This document shows positions 1-10,296 of a DNA stretch of 64,000 bases, piece after piece. Origin of the DNA: an uncultured delta proteobacterium (GTDB lineage Bacteria > Desulfobacterota > Desulfomonilia > Desulfomonilales > Desulfomonilaceae); the NCBI GenBank assembly GCA_963789265.1, contig CAWBKB010000001.1:864001-928000 (forward strand), read 5' to 3'. The stretch's first letter is position 1; every line of letters starts with the position of its first letter. A program made the translations under genes and the position numbers. The notes below the pieces were generated by a model that ran no database searches, was not told the origin of the DNA, and saw only the letters and a program-made list of their open reading frames with translations.

Positions 1-929
1 CGGACGACATTCTGCTAAATCAGCTCCCGTTCTTTCACATCTACGGGATGACAGTGCTCATGGGGGCAGCTATTTTAGCCGGCGCCACACAAGTTGTGGC
101 CAGCCGCTTTCGCCCTGTAGATGAGTTTTTGGCTCTATTTGATAAGTACCGACCGACCTTATTTTTCACGGTTCCACTAATTTTGCAGGAGTTTTGCCAT
201 CACCCGAAGGTCCCGTACATGGACTGGAGCGGCCTCCGGTACGTGAACACAGGCGGAGCGCCCCTTTCTCCGGAATTGCAGGCGCGTTTCACCCAGATTA
301 CCGGCGTTTCGGTAATACAAGGATACGGCCTCACGGAATCGTCCCCTACAACCCACACTTCGCCTCTCAACAAGATCAAGGTGGGCTCCATCGGAACCCC
401 TTTGTCGCTGACCGAACACAAAATTGTGGCCCCCGAAAGCGGTGAAGAGGTTGAGGTCGGTGAGGTGGGGGAACTTTGGCTGCGAGGACCTCAGGTGATG
501 AGAGGATACTATAAGGATCCCCAGGCCACCGCCGTCACGCTGGTGGACGGATGGCTGCGGACTGGCGACTTGGCCAGGGAGGACGAGGACGGATATGTAT
601 ACATTGTAGATCGCCTCAAGGAGTTGATCAAATGCAAGGGCTTCCAAGTGGCCCCTGCGGAGATCGAGCACATCCTTTTGGGTCATCCCGATGTCCTGGA
701 TGCCGCGGTGATAGGGGAGCCTCACGCTGTGCAGGGCGAAGTACCGGTGGCATACGTTGTGGCACGTAACGGATCAGGCCTCTCCCCGGAATCCGTTATC
801 GAATATGCGGCTGCCGGCATGGCAAGGTACAAACGGCTCTCCAAGGTAGTGTTCACCGATGCAATTCCCCGAAGCGCGTCCGGAAAAATCCTTAGAAGGG
901 TCCCGAAAGAATCACACGTACGGGCCTAG
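1..929 (+). CDS. AMP-dependent acyl-CoA ligase (4-coumarate-CoA ligase-like), 5' truncated by the window edge
   Basis: Adenylate-forming motifs LPFFHIYG, QGYGLTE, GWLRTGD, DRLKELIK and PRSASGKILRR; frame is open to the window start. Confidence 0.9.
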   Translation, partial: DDILLNQLPFFHIYGMTVLMGAAILAGATQVVASRFRPVDEFLALFDKYRPTLFFTVPLILQEFCHHPKVPYMDWSGLRYVNTGGAPLSPELQARFTQITGVSVIQGYGLTESSPTTHTSPLNKIKVGSIGTPLSLTEHKIVAPESGEEVEVGEVGELWLRGPQVMRGYYKDPQATAVTLVDGWLRTGDLAREDEDGYVYIVDRLKELIKCKGFQVAPAEIEHILLGHPDVLDAAVIGEPHAVQGEVPVAYVVARNGSGLSPESVIEYAAAGMARYKRLSKVVFTDAIPRSASGKILRRVPKESHVRA

Positions 930-971
930 CAGCTTTTCATCGAACGAGTAGGTTTTGTGGGGGGCGATGCC

Positions 972-1228
972 GATTCGCTTTCAAACGGGTGACACTGTGT
1001 TTCAGGCAGGACCGGGTTCCAAACCCGCCACTACATTTCGTCATGCCCTCGTACGCGGGCATCGAGGAGGGCGGCCCGTGGCCGCCGTCCCGCGGTTCGC
1101 AGGATCGGGCATGGCCCGACCTACTCCGGATCTGGGTCCAGAGCGACGAATGGCGTGCAGTTTCACGTTCCGCGGGGACTGCCCCACTATATACCGGCTA
1201 GGATTGTCACTTCATTGGCGGCGCATTC
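972..1228. mobile_element. MITE-like element (copy 1; degenerate TIRs)
   Basis: Ends CGATTCGCTTTCAAACGGGTGACAC...GGATTGTCACTTCATTGGCGGCGCA match the ends of the 46404-46635 element; both contain CATGCCCTCGTACGCGGGCATC. Confidence 0.6.
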
Positions 1229-1307
1229 CTTTAAAGGGACTCTCTTCCGATGGTGATTGTCGGAGTTTGACCTAAATGAAACAATGTGATAAAATTACTC
1301 AGTCTGT

Positions 1308-1652
1308 ATGCCCAGTTGGAGAATAAAATCTATGGTAAATCTACTTACAGTAGCTAGTATGCTAATGATGCTTATAATTCCATCCTTGGCGGCCTGCGAA
1401 GGGCAGGTCATGGATCGCACCGGCCGAGTGGTCGAGATAAGACAACGGAGCGGAGATACCACGTACGCGTATGACGGCAACCGGCACGCCGTTTATACTG
1501 CCACTTTGGTTAAGGGCGGAAAAGGAGCTCTGGATTTCCGAGACCATCATGGCGTGCATGTGGGTATAGCCGTTCGCGGTACCGCTCAGGAACTTCACCA
1601 GAAATGGGGCAGGGGACTGTTTAGCCCTGACCAAAATCAGAGCCAGCCTTGA
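1308..1652 (+). CDS. Hypothetical small exported protein
   Basis: Hydrophobic N-terminal segment ending SLAA followed by a polar beta-rich region (TTYAYDG); start codon uncertain. Confidence 0.5.
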   Translation: MPSWRIKSMVNLLTVASMLMMLIIPSLAACEGQVMDRTGRVVEIRQRSGDTTYAYDGNRHAVYTATLVKGGKGALDFRDHHGVHVGIAVRGTAQELHQKWGRGLFSPDQNQSQP

Positions 1653-2197
1653 CAGAGAGCATTCTACGATAACTTGACCGTTCACCGGGGATTTTACAAC
1701 CGGCGGGGAGGCCCGTCGTACCGGGATCATAGGGCCGGCATCTCCCCCGGCTAATGCCAACTCCCATAGCTAGAAAGCTACAACGAAACATGAAAACGTC
1801 AGTAGGACCGTCCCGAGCGGAACGCGGGATTGCCGGTCGGTAACAGGACGTTTTCATAGGAATTCGTATTCAAAATCCGCCCTTCCCCCATAGGCGTTAG
1901 AGTAGCTCCGCGGGCCGAGGATTTTCACCTCTTTCGAAAAGGAGGGCAGGGGGTTAGGGGGGATTTCACTTCATCATTGAACGCAAGTTCGCCCCCCCTG
2001 AACGACGAAAAGCCCATGCGCTTTGGTCAGGCGTTGAGAGGTGAGCCGTGTTCCTCGCATCAGTCCTAAAGCCCACCCCTCGTCTGACCGAGGACTCATT
2101 CCTCTTGTCCTCGCACATGGGCTCCCTGGAAGGGAGACTTCCAAGTTCCTCCCCCTCCATTTAGTTTTGTCACATCAGACGGGTTTTAGTTCCAGCC

Positions 2198-2280
2198 AAA
2201 AAAAGAAAAGCCCCCGGCAAAACCGGCGGGCTTGCACTCACGAGTCTTGGAGGTGACCGGTGAGGCGATGCATTAAACAT
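2198..2280 (-). ncRNA. Candidate ~80-nt small RNA
   Basis: Minus strand: TTGCTT (2314-2309) and TAATCT (2290-2285) promoter-like hexamers, short non-coding stretch containing TCACCTCC, then hairpin AGCCCGCCGG-TTTTG-CCGGGGGCT followed by TTTCTTTTTTT. Confidence 0.4.
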
Positions 2281-2485
2281 CGGAAGATTAACAAAACGCC
2301 CGCACGGAAAGCAAGCATTATTTCACGGCAATGAGCCTCATTGAATCCATCTATCGACACAACTTCATCTTAATGTATCGCATCAATGACATCATATAAA
2401 CTGTTTGCACTATAGCATAATTTGTAGTATGTTTTCTGTAATTTATATTGTTCGTCCGCTTCCGTTTCGGAAACCCGAGGTTTTC

Positions 2486-3427
2486 TTGAATTTTGACGAG
2501 GCCCTCCAACTTTTCTTGCGCCACCTTGCAACCGAGAAAGTCCGTTCATCGGAGACCGTGCGGGCATATACAGCGGATCTCCGCGGATTTCGGGACTATA
2601 TGCAAGCCCGGAAGCTGACAAAGCAATTGCAACGCGTGGATGAGATCGACGCTTTCCACGTTCGTGGATTTCTGGCTGCCCGATTCGGTCATATCAAAAA
2701 AGTTTCAGTTGGACGGAAGCTTGCCGCGGTCAGAACGTTTTTCCGATTTCTCGTGCGGGAGCGAGTTATTGCAACAAACCCTGCTGCGGGAATTCGAGCG
2801 CCCAAACGTGAGAAGCCCTTACCCAGAGCGCTTAGCGTAGATGAGGTCGACCGCTTTTTTTCTCGGAATCCTCACATGAAATGTCGTGATTTGGCGGTGT
2901 TCGAGCTGCTATATTCATCCGGACTACGCGTGGGAGAACTCACTTCGCTGAAGGTTCAGGATGTGGACCTGAACAATGGCTGGGTTAGAGTAGTGGGTAA
3001 GGGGAATAAGGAAAGATACGTGCCGGTGGGTTCACGCGCAGTGAGCGCCTTGCAAGCTTATCTTCCTTTTCGTGCAGGCCTGGAACTCCAAGCCCGGCCT
3101 CGGCACCCCAATGAATCGCTCTTTTTGAACTCACGGGGAGGGCCGTTGTCTTCGCGAAGTATCCGACGTATACTCAAGCCGTATCTGGACACCGCGGCCA
3201 TTGCCAGAGACGCTTCGCCTCATGCCTTCAGACACTCGTTTGCCACTCACATGCTTCATGGAGGAGCAGATCTGCGGTCTATTCAGGAGTTGCTCGGGCA
3301 TGCCAGTCTGTCCACAACGCAACGTTATACACAGGCTGATCTGCACCGCCTGATGGAAGTATATGACCGAACTCACCCTAGAAGCGGGGCCTTGGGCAAT
3401 AACGAGAAGCGTGAGAAAAAACCGTAA
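2486..3427 (+). CDS. xerC: Tyrosine recombinase XerC
   Basis: Catalytic motifs LYSSGLRVGE, GKGNKER, HAFRHSFATH, LGHASLSTTQRY; position upstream of hslVU; TTG start after GAGG inferred. Confidence 0.9.
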   Translation: MNFDEALQLFLRHLATEKVRSSETVRAYTADLRGFRDYMQARKLTKQLQRVDEIDAFHVRGFLAARFGHIKKVSVGRKLAAVRTFFRFLVRERVIATNPAAGIRAPKREKPLPRALSVDEVDRFFSRNPHMKCRDLAVFELLYSSGLRVGELTSLKVQDVDLNNGWVRVVGKGNKERYVPVGSRAVSALQAYLPFRAGLELQARPRHPNESLFLNSRGGPLSSRSIRRILKPYLDTAAIARDASPHAFRHSFATHMLHGGADLRSIQELLGHASLSTTQRYTQADLHRLMEVYDRTHPRSGALGNNEKREKKP

Positions 3428-3505
3428 ACAAGCTATCAGGCTAGCTCTTTGGCGCGAATTCTCGTGTTTGACGGCGATAGAAACGGCTGGTAGCGGGACA
3501 CGACG

Positions 3506-4063
3506 ATGACCTTTGAAAAAACTCGTTCCACCACAGTCCTGTGCGTCAGGCGTGGCGACCAGGTAGTGATGGCAGGTGACGGCCAGGTGTCGCTCGGGGA
3601 CACCGTGGTAAAGCATTCGGCTCGCAAAGTGCGCCGACTTGGAAAGAGCGACAACATTCTCGCCGGGTTCGCGGGCTCCACGGCCGACGCCTTGACGCTA
3701 TTGGAGAAATTCGAACAGATGCTGGAAAAGTATTCGAATAATCTCACGAGGGCCGCGGTGGAACTGGCTAAAGAATGGCGGACAGATCGGATGCTCAGGC
3801 GTTTGGAGGCCCTGCTAATCGTTGCTGACATTGACAAAACCCTACTCCTTTCCGGAAACGGCGATGTGGTGGAACCTGACGACGGTATCATTGCAATCGG
3901 TTCCGGAGGGAACTATGCTTTAGCGGCGGCACGTGCGCTTTCGATGCACACAGATATGGGGCCGGCTGAAATCGCGACTGTCGCAATGGCCATTACAGCC
4001 GGGATCTGCGTGTACACCAACGACAAACTGGTCATGGAAGTACTGGAAGCCGGGCACCGCTGA
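3506..4063 (+). CDS. hslV: ATP-dependent protease peptidase subunit HslV
   Basis: N-terminal TT nucleophile (RSTTVL), [23 protein letters not shown]. Confidence 0.97.
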   Translation: MTFEKTRSTTVLCVRRGDQVVMAGDGQVSLGDTVVKHSARKVRRLGKSDNILAGFAGSTADALTLLEKFEQMLEKYSNNLTRAAVELAKEWRTDRMLRRLEALLIVADIDKTLLLSGNGDVVEPDDGIIAIGSGGNYALAAARALSMHTDMGPAEIATVAMAITAGICVYTNDKLVMEVLEAGHR

Positions 4064-4094
4064 AGAAAGACCAGACTATAGGTCGCAATAAACT

Positions 4095-5465
4095 ATGGAA
4101 ACCTTTACACCTCGGAAGATAGTTGCGGAACTTGACAAATATATAATCGGTCAGGATGTGGCCAAGAAAATGGTGGCGATCGCTCTTCGGAACCGTTGGC
4201 GGCGCAGACAGGTTCCGGAAGAGCTTCGTGACGAGATCGCTCCGAAAAACATTATCATGATCGGTCCAACAGGTGTGGGGAAGACCGAAATCGCTCGGCG
4301 GCTAGCGAAGCTTGCTCAATCCCCGTTCCTGAAGGTAGAGGCCTCAAAATTTACCGAGGTCGGTTATGTTGGGCGCGATGTAGAATCCATGATCAGGGAC
4401 CTCATGGAAATCGGGATCAATATGATAAAGGAGGAGGAGGACGAGGCCCTTCGGCCAAAGGCCGAGGAACTGGCGGAAGAGCGGCTCCTGGACATACTTC
4501 TCCCCATGCGGTCGCCTCGAAAGCTTCGACGTGCGCAAATAGGACCTTCGCAGCAGGAGCCGAGCGATGAGATGGAGGTGGCCCAGCGTACGCGAGAGAA
4601 GTTTAAGAAGATGTTGCGGAACGGCAGATTGAACGACCGAGAGGTGGAAATTGAAACTCAGGTTAGCTCGATTCCTGTCGTTGAGGTATTTTCTCCGGCT
4701 GGAATGGAGGAGATGGATATCAATCTCAAAGATATGTTCTCCAATATTTTCCCGAGCAAGGCCAAGCGGCGTAAGGTGAAGGTGCCGGAAGCGCGCCAGA
4801 TGTTGGTTCAGGAGGAACTCAGCAAGCTCATTGACACGGACAAAGTGGCGAAAATGGCCAAGGAGCGCGTCGAACAGACCGGTATAGTATTCATTGACGA
4901 GCTGGATAAAATTGCAGGCTCACATTCGGCCCAGTACGGCCCGGACGTCTCCAGGGAAGGGGTGCAACGGGACTTACTTCCGATAATAGAGGGGTCCACC
5001 GTCAACACAAAACATGGAGTAGTAAGGACCGACCACATCCTCTTTGTAGCTGCCGGCGCTTTTCATGTTTCCAAGCCTTCCGACCTGATCCCGGAGATTC
5101 AAGGAAGATTCCCGCTCAGAGCCGAGCTGTCCGCTCTCAGCCGCGCGGACTTCGTGCGCATCCTCACGGAACCCAAGAACGCGCTCGTGACTCAGTATGA
5201 GGAATTGCTCAAGACCGAAGGGGTCAAACTGGAGTTTGAGGAGGAGGCCATCCGGGAAATAGCCACTATGGCAGAGGAAGTCAATCTGCGCGCAGAGAAC
5301 ATCGGTGCCCGCCGACTTCACACCATAATGGAGAAACTTCTCGAGGAGGTCTCATTCGAAGCGCCGGACATGCAGGGAGTAACAGTACGAATTACTCCGG
5401 AGATGGTCCGTGAAAGGCTTCGAGAGATAGTCAAGAGCGACGACTTGAGCCGCTACATTCTTTGA
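4095..5465 (+). CDS. hslU: ATP-dependent protease ATPase subunit HslU
   Basis: [45 protein letters not shown]-terminal DLSRYIL. Confidence 0.98.
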   Translation: METFTPRKIVAELDKYIIGQDVAKKMVAIALRNRWRRRQVPEELRDEIAPKNIIMIGPTGVGKTEIARRLAKLAQSPFLKVEASKFTEVGYVGRDVESMIRDLMEIGINMIKEEEDEALRPKAEELAEERLLDILLPMRSPRKLRRAQIGPSQQEPSDEMEVAQRTREKFKKMLRNGRLNDREVEIETQVSSIPVVEVFSPAGMEEMDINLKDMFSNIFPSKAKRRKVKVPEARQMLVQEELSKLIDTDKVAKMAKERVEQTGIVFIDELDKIAGSHSAQYGPDVSREGVQRDLLPIIEGSTVNTKHGVVRTDHILFVAAGAFHVSKPSDLIPEIQGRFPLRAELSALSRADFVRILTEPKNALVTQYEELLKTEGVKLEFEEEAIREIATMAEEVNLRAENIGARRLHTIMEKLLEEVSFEAPDMQGVTVRITPEMVRERLREIVKSDDLSRYIL

Positions 5466-5476
5466 TGGAATGGTGG

Positions 5477-5503
5477 CCGGAAGGGGAGAGGATTCCCTTC
5501 CGG
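5477..5503. terminator. Hairpin between convergent hslU and PxxKW genes (likely terminator)
   Basis: CCGGAAGGG...CCCTTCCGG 9-bp inverted repeat. Confidence 0.45.
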
Positions 5504-5514
5504 ACAAGTCATCA

Positions 5515-5802
5515 TCATTTCTTGGAAGCCGCCGCGCGCTTGGAAGCTTTAAGTGGGTTGATTTTCTGACTGGTCTCGACTGCCTTCTTCTGTAGGTGAG
5601 TAGCGAAGTTGCAAGACCCGCGGGCCCATTTGGTGGAAGGATTGGGAGCGACGGCGCAGAAGGTGCCTTCATCAAAGGTGACTGTCCGGGAGCATCCCTC
5701 GCAGGTATCGACGACCGTGTGGCAGCGGCCGCCGTTGAAATTGCACCCTTTCCTGGTCATAAATGCACACTCGACTCCCTTTTTCAAGGTTACGCACTGC
5801 AT
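5515..5802 (-). CDS. PxxKW-family cysteine-rich small protein
   Basis: C-x7-C, CEGC, PSTKW-x4-CNFATH and KINPLKASKR, typical of this deltaproteobacterial family; GGAGG RBS. Confidence 0.85.
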   Translation of the reverse strand: MQCVTLKKGVECAFMTRKGCNFNGGRCHTVVDTCEGCSRTVTFDEGTFCAVAPNPSTKWARGSCNFATHLQKKAVETSQKINPLKASKRAAASKK

Positions 5803-6131
5803 TTCTTTTTCCTCCGGTTTGAATATAGGGAAATGGGGGGAGAATCCGGCCCTCCCTATTATTGAATCTCTTAGTATAACATCCGACCGTCAGAGTTCAA
5901 CTAGGTTCTCGGAGTCGCGCAAACTTTTTTTCGTCTTGAACCGGAAATTTCGATCGCTCACAATCGCCGGCTAAGGGCAAATTCGGCTAAGTAAATAATA
6001 ATCCTAATGGTTGATTGACAAACATAACCGTAACCTGGCCCTCGCTTGAAAGCTAAATCAACGCCACAGAGCATGGGTCAATTATGGCGCTATCCAATGC
6101 CCTCGGCTACGCGGCACCAAACATCCTGAAC

Positions 6132-6293
6132 TTATCTTCCCGCCTGCCTGTCGGCCTTTTCTCTACGCCTGAAGGCTCTTTTCAATTGCCAATGCTTGAA
6201 GCCGATGTACGCCCGCTCCCAAAATACCAGGGCGCCGGCAATGCTGAGAATTGCCACCAGGAGGAATCGGTAGGGCCATTCGAGTTCTTGCAC
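6132..6293 (-). CDS. Small single-TM hypothetical protein
   Basis: GGAGG RBS before GTG; one hydrophobic helix and a basic C-tail. Confidence 0.5.
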   Translation of the reverse strand: MQELEWPYRFLLVAILSIAGALVFWERAYIGFKHWQLKRAFRRREKADRQAGR

Positions 6294-6531
6294 CTTGCCT
6301 CCCCACAAGAATCGTTGGTGTATTAAGGAATATCGAAACAGCAACTCCTCGTCAAGTCTAGATTTACAAAGCTCAAGCTCGCAATTGCCGGATTGGCGGC
6401 TTCCACGAACGCTCTCCACATGTCAAAATCAATTAATTTCATTATAATGTGAAAAGCCCTTTCCGGTCGGTTAAAAAAAATGAGCCTTCCCAAGTTTGCG
6501 ATTTTCCGGACAATCTCTTGAGGTCAGTTGC

Positions 6532-7752
6532 GTGAAACGACGTATCTACATGGACAATGCTGCCACCACCTTCCCCAAGCCCCAAGGTGTAACGGAGGCG
6601 ATGGTTCATTTCATGCAAAACATAGGGGCCAACCCGGGCAGATCAAAACACGATCTCTCCCTGGAGGCTTCGACAATTGTCGACGGGACGCGCAAAAAAC
6701 TGGCGTTACTCTTTAATGTGCCCGATCCCAAACGTATCGTCTTTACACTCAACGCAACCGAATCCTTGAATACGGTTATCTACGGCGTTCTGAAGCCAGG
6801 CGACCACGTTGTGATTACCCAGATGGAACACAATTCCGTGATTCGACCAGTGCGACATCTGGAAGAGATCGGCGTGGTCACGGTCTCTGTCGCTCCTTGC
6901 AACAAGATGGGGGAACTGGATATTGAGTCCTTGAGGGAATTGATGCGGGACAACACCGCTCTTGTGGCACTTAATCATGCTTCAAACGTGTGCGGAACGA
7001 TCCAGAATATTGCGGCGGTGAGAGAGGCTGTCGGACAAGTCCCTCTGCTCCTTGATGCGGCCCAGACCGCGGGAGCGCTTCCCATAGACGTTCAGGCGAT
7101 GGGCGTCGATTTTCTCGCATTCACGGGGCACAAAGGACTGTACGGACCCCAAGGAACAGGCGGACTATACGTGAGAGAAGAGTTGGCCATCCGACCGCTC
7201 AAGCGCGGCGGAACCGGCAGTGTTTCCGATCGGGAACTACAGCCTGATTTCTTTCCGGATGCGCTTGAAAGCGGGACTCGGAACAATGTAGGAATTGCCG
7301 GTCTCGGCGCCAGTCTGGACTTCATACTGCGGACAGGTGTGAATACTATTCGACGGCACGAGATGGATCTTCTTCAAAATTTTATCGACGGTCTCATCGA
7401 CGTGCCGGGCATCACCCTCTACGGCCCGCTTGAACCTGAAACGCAGATGCCCATCCTATCAGTCACTTTCGACAGGGCGCTACCGGATGGGCTTAGCGTC
7501 TCGTTCGGCGGTTGCGGGGGCAGGTCCATCCCCGCGACGTTCGAGACGCTTCATCCTGAGGAAGCGGGAACTCTACTGCAGGATCGCTATGAAATATCCG
7601 TACGTGTGGGTCTTCACTGCGCTCCGTTGGCTCACAAAGCGCTGGGAACATTTCCTGACGGAACCGTGCGCTTCAGCCTCGGTTACTTCAACACGCTTGA
7701 AGAGGTGGAGCTTGCAGTGGAAGCGATCAAGCGAATAGCCGAAAAGGGATAA
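6532..7752 (+). CDS. Class V PLP aminotransferase / cysteine desulfurase-family protein
   Basis: YMDNAATT, DAAQTAG, TGHKGLYGPQG (PLP Lys), RGGTGS, RVGLHCAP (catalytic Cys). Confidence 0.9.
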   Translation: MKRRIYMDNAATTFPKPQGVTEAMVHFMQNIGANPGRSKHDLSLEASTIVDGTRKKLALLFNVPDPKRIVFTLNATESLNTVIYGVLKPGDHVVITQMEHNSVIRPVRHLEEIGVVTVSVAPCNKMGELDIESLRELMRDNTALVALNHASNVCGTIQNIAAVREAVGQVPLLLDAAQTAGALPIDVQAMGVDFLAFTGHKGLYGPQGTGGLYVREELAIRPLKRGGTGSVSDRELQPDFFPDALESGTRNNVGIAGLGASLDFILRTGVNTIRRHEMDLLQNFIDGLIDVPGITLYGPLEPETQMPILSVTFDRALPDGLSVSFGGCGGRSIPATFETLHPEEAGTLLQDRYEISVRVGLHCAPLAHKALGTFPDGTVRFSLGYFNTLEEVELAVEAIKRIAEKG

Positions 7753-7762
7753 GAGCGGACCA

Positions 7763-8560
7763 TTATGAATTCTCCTTCTCGGAACCCCTTCTCCCCGTGT
7801 GGGTTTCCGCTCCCAAGCGGTTGATCATGGTCGCCGCGTACGCTGCCCCAAAGCCGTTATCGATATTGACAACCACCACTCCGGGGGCACAGGAGTTCAA
7901 CATGCCGAGAAGCGCAGCGATTCCACCGAAAGACGCTCCATAACCGATCGAAGTTGGTACAGCTATGACGGGCCTGTCAACCAGGCCGCCGATCACGCTC
8001 GGCAGCGCGCCTTCCATTCCCGCTACGGCAATGATGACCGATGCCGAGCGCAGCTTCTCGCTGTTCGTCAGCAGCCTGTGAATCCCTGCCACCCCCACGT
8101 CGCAGAGTGTTTCCACACGGTTCCCCAGCGCGTACGCCGTGACTTTGGCTTCCTCAGCCACGGGTATATCGGAACTACCCGCGCATACGACCAACACTGT
8201 TCCTTTGCCCGTTATCTCGATCGGTTTGCGACAGTACAAGAGAGTCCTGGCCTCAGCATTATGCTGGAGTCCGGAAACTTCTCCGAGAATCTTACCGGCC
8301 TTGACCTCATCGACCCGGGTTATCAACACAGTGTCTTGCCGAGCCTGAAGACTTTTGAAAATTCCGATAATCTGCTCGGCAGTCTTCCCCTCCCCGAAGA
8401 TCACCTCCGGAAAACCAAGGCGCACCGCGCGGTGATGATCCACAGCCGCGAAGCCGAGGTCTTCGGTCTGAAGATCCTGGAAGATGCGGCTCGCCTCTTC
8501 GGGGGACAAGCGGCCTTCCTTGACCTCATCGAGTATGCTCATTAATCGCAGTCGATCCAA
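7763..8560 (-). CDS. larB: Nickel pincer cofactor biosynthesis protein LarB (PurE-like)
   Basis: DHHRAVRLGFPEVIFGEGK, DVGVAGIHRL, AGMEGALPSV, VPTSIGYG, NIDNGFGA. Confidence 0.93.
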   Translation of the reverse strand: MDRLRLMSILDEVKEGRLSPEEASRIFQDLQTEDLGFAAVDHHRAVRLGFPEVIFGEGKTAEQIIGIFKSLQARQDTVLITRVDEVKAGKILGEVSGLQHNAEARTLLYCRKPIEITGKGTVLVVCAGSSDIPVAEEAKVTAYALGNRVETLCDVGVAGIHRLLTNSEKLRSASVIIAVAGMEGALPSVIGGLVDRPVIAVPTSIGYGASFGGIAALLGMLNSCAPGVVVVNIDNGFGAAYAATMINRLGAETHTGRRGSEKENS

Positions 8561-8913
8561 ACTCTTTCTCTCCGTATATCGGCCTAGGGCCGTGAATGCG
8601 CGGCCGGCCGGGGGCCGAATTTGCAGGGTCGGGGGAATTCGATATTTTCTTGTCGGGAATAGGCCCGGATAGCAAAAACTGGGAGAGCGGATAAAGGAAA
8701 GCCCCGGAAAGGAGGATGAGAACCGGGGCTTCGCATGGGGAAAAGGTATGTTGAGCAGCGGGCTACGCCACCCGCTGGGTTGCATGCGTTAAAACATGAT
8801 TCCGGATGGTTGTCAAGTATATTTAAAGTTATTTCTATAAATGAACTCATTTTATGAAACCGTAATATAATATTATTTATGTAACCATAAGTAATATAAA
8901 AGGTATCCATTGA

Positions 8914-9360
8914 TTACGTCAATGACCGGATCACGTCCACCTTGCCCACAATCCCCACCAACCTCCCCCCCTCGATCACCGGCAGGGTATACAACTTCCT
9001 TTCGCTCATGATTCGCGCCACTTCGGACAAGTCAGTGTCCGGCTCGACGGAGACCGCGGGTCGGGAATAGATGTCTCCGACGGTGGTCGCTGCGAGTCGT
9101 TTGAATTCCTTCTGTAGCCGCCACGGGTTTTCGAGGGGTATCACCGAGTCCAGGATCACAAACACGGTAGGTATGTGCAGGGGTCTGTTCTGGTCGACCA
9201 AATCAGATTCGCACACCACACCCAGGACCTTTCCTTTGTCGTCGACCACCGGGGCTCCGTTGATATTGTTTTCAGCCAGAATGTTGGCCAGTTCACGTAG
9301 CGAGGTCTCCGGGGTCACGGTGATTACATCGCGGGTCATAACGTCTGCTACCTTTGGCAT
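8914..9360 (-). CDS. CBS domain pair protein
   Basis: VADVMTRDV...GAPVVD...[23 protein letters not shown]. Confidence 0.9.
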   Translation of the reverse strand: MPKVADVMTRDVITVTPETSLRELANILAENNINGAPVVDDKGKVLGVVCESDLVDQNRPLHIPTVFVILDSVIPLENPWRLQKEFKRLAATTVGDIYSRPAVSVEPDTDLSEVARIMSERKLYTLPVIEGGRLVGIVGKVDVIRSLT

Positions 9361-9501
9361 CTTTTCCTCCTTATCATCCCACGTCGCCTTGCTGAGTTGC
9401 AGGGACACGAAAGTGCTTGTGTTGCTGTTGTATGTTCCGCATCATACAGGATAATGACTCGATCCGGACAGAGGAAGTCCCCTGTAATGAAGGAGAATAC
9501 C

Positions 9502-9921
9502 ATGAAAAGTTATCGGAAGGAGTTATGGTTCAACATCCCGACGCGGAGAGGGTTCGTGAACATAACGCGTGAGGTGGAAGGCGCAGTTGCTGAGAGCGGC
9601 ATCATAGAGGGGCTCGTGCTGATCAATGCCATGCACATTACCGCTTCCGTGTTCATCAACGACGATGAATCGGGGCTCCACCAGGACTACGAAAAATGGC
9701 TGGAACAATTGGCCCCTCATGAGCCGGTCAACCGTTATCTCCACAACCGGACCGGCGAAGACAACGGCGACGCGCATCTGAAAAGACAAATCATGGGCCG
9801 GGAAGTTACGGTGGCCATAACCAACGGCAAACTCGACTTCGGACCCTGGGAGCAAATCTTTTATGGGGAATTCGACGGTCGCCGGAAAAAGAGGGTGCTG
9901 GTGAAGATAATTGGGGAGTGA
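9502..9921 (+). CDS. yjbQ: YjbQ/UPF0047 family protein (secondary thiamine-phosphate synthase)
   Basis: [34 protein letters not shown]. Confidence 0.92.
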   Translation: MKSYRKELWFNIPTRRGFVNITREVEGAVAESGIIEGLVLINAMHITASVFINDDESGLHQDYEKWLEQLAPHEPVNRYLHNRTGEDNGDAHLKRQIMGREVTVAITNGKLDFGPWEQIFYGEFDGRRKKRVLVKIIGE

Positions 9922-10114
9922 CGTATCAGTAATGATTGACAAACACTACGCCGGAGAGTCACGAGGAGATCGCGACAAGCTCGAATTTCACCCGTTGTTC
10001 AGCTTTGTTGGAAGTGGTGCCCCCTCGGGACTCGGGGGAACCGCGTCTCGCGCGGAATGCTCAGCCGGAATGTTTCCGGATGACCGAGACGCGACAGATG
10101 CTGCTGAACGCGGA

Positions 10115-10259
10115 TTTTCCCCCCTTTCTTAAAGGGGGGCAGGGGGGATTTTGGGATAACTCATTGAAAATCCCCCTTTAGAAAAGGGGGACTTCGATCG
10201 CCCTCGGCCTGCATGGACCTCCTGAAAAGCAACGAAATTGCCTTTAGTTAACGCCCATG
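10115..10259. repeat. CCCCCTTT-n-AAAGGGGG hairpin repeat (family A) ending in TTAACGCCCATG
   Basis: Near-identical core to 48575-48740; reverse copy at 36283-36360; partial copies near 1921-1965 and 33914-33938. Confidence 0.7.
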
Positions 10260-10296
10260 CGCGTGAGCGGGACCATCAGCACAACTCTCCAAGATT

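Noticed and set aside
2486..3427. Tyrosine recombinase as a phage or island integrase
   Set aside because: Size, motifs and xerC-hslVU context indicate chromosomal XerC
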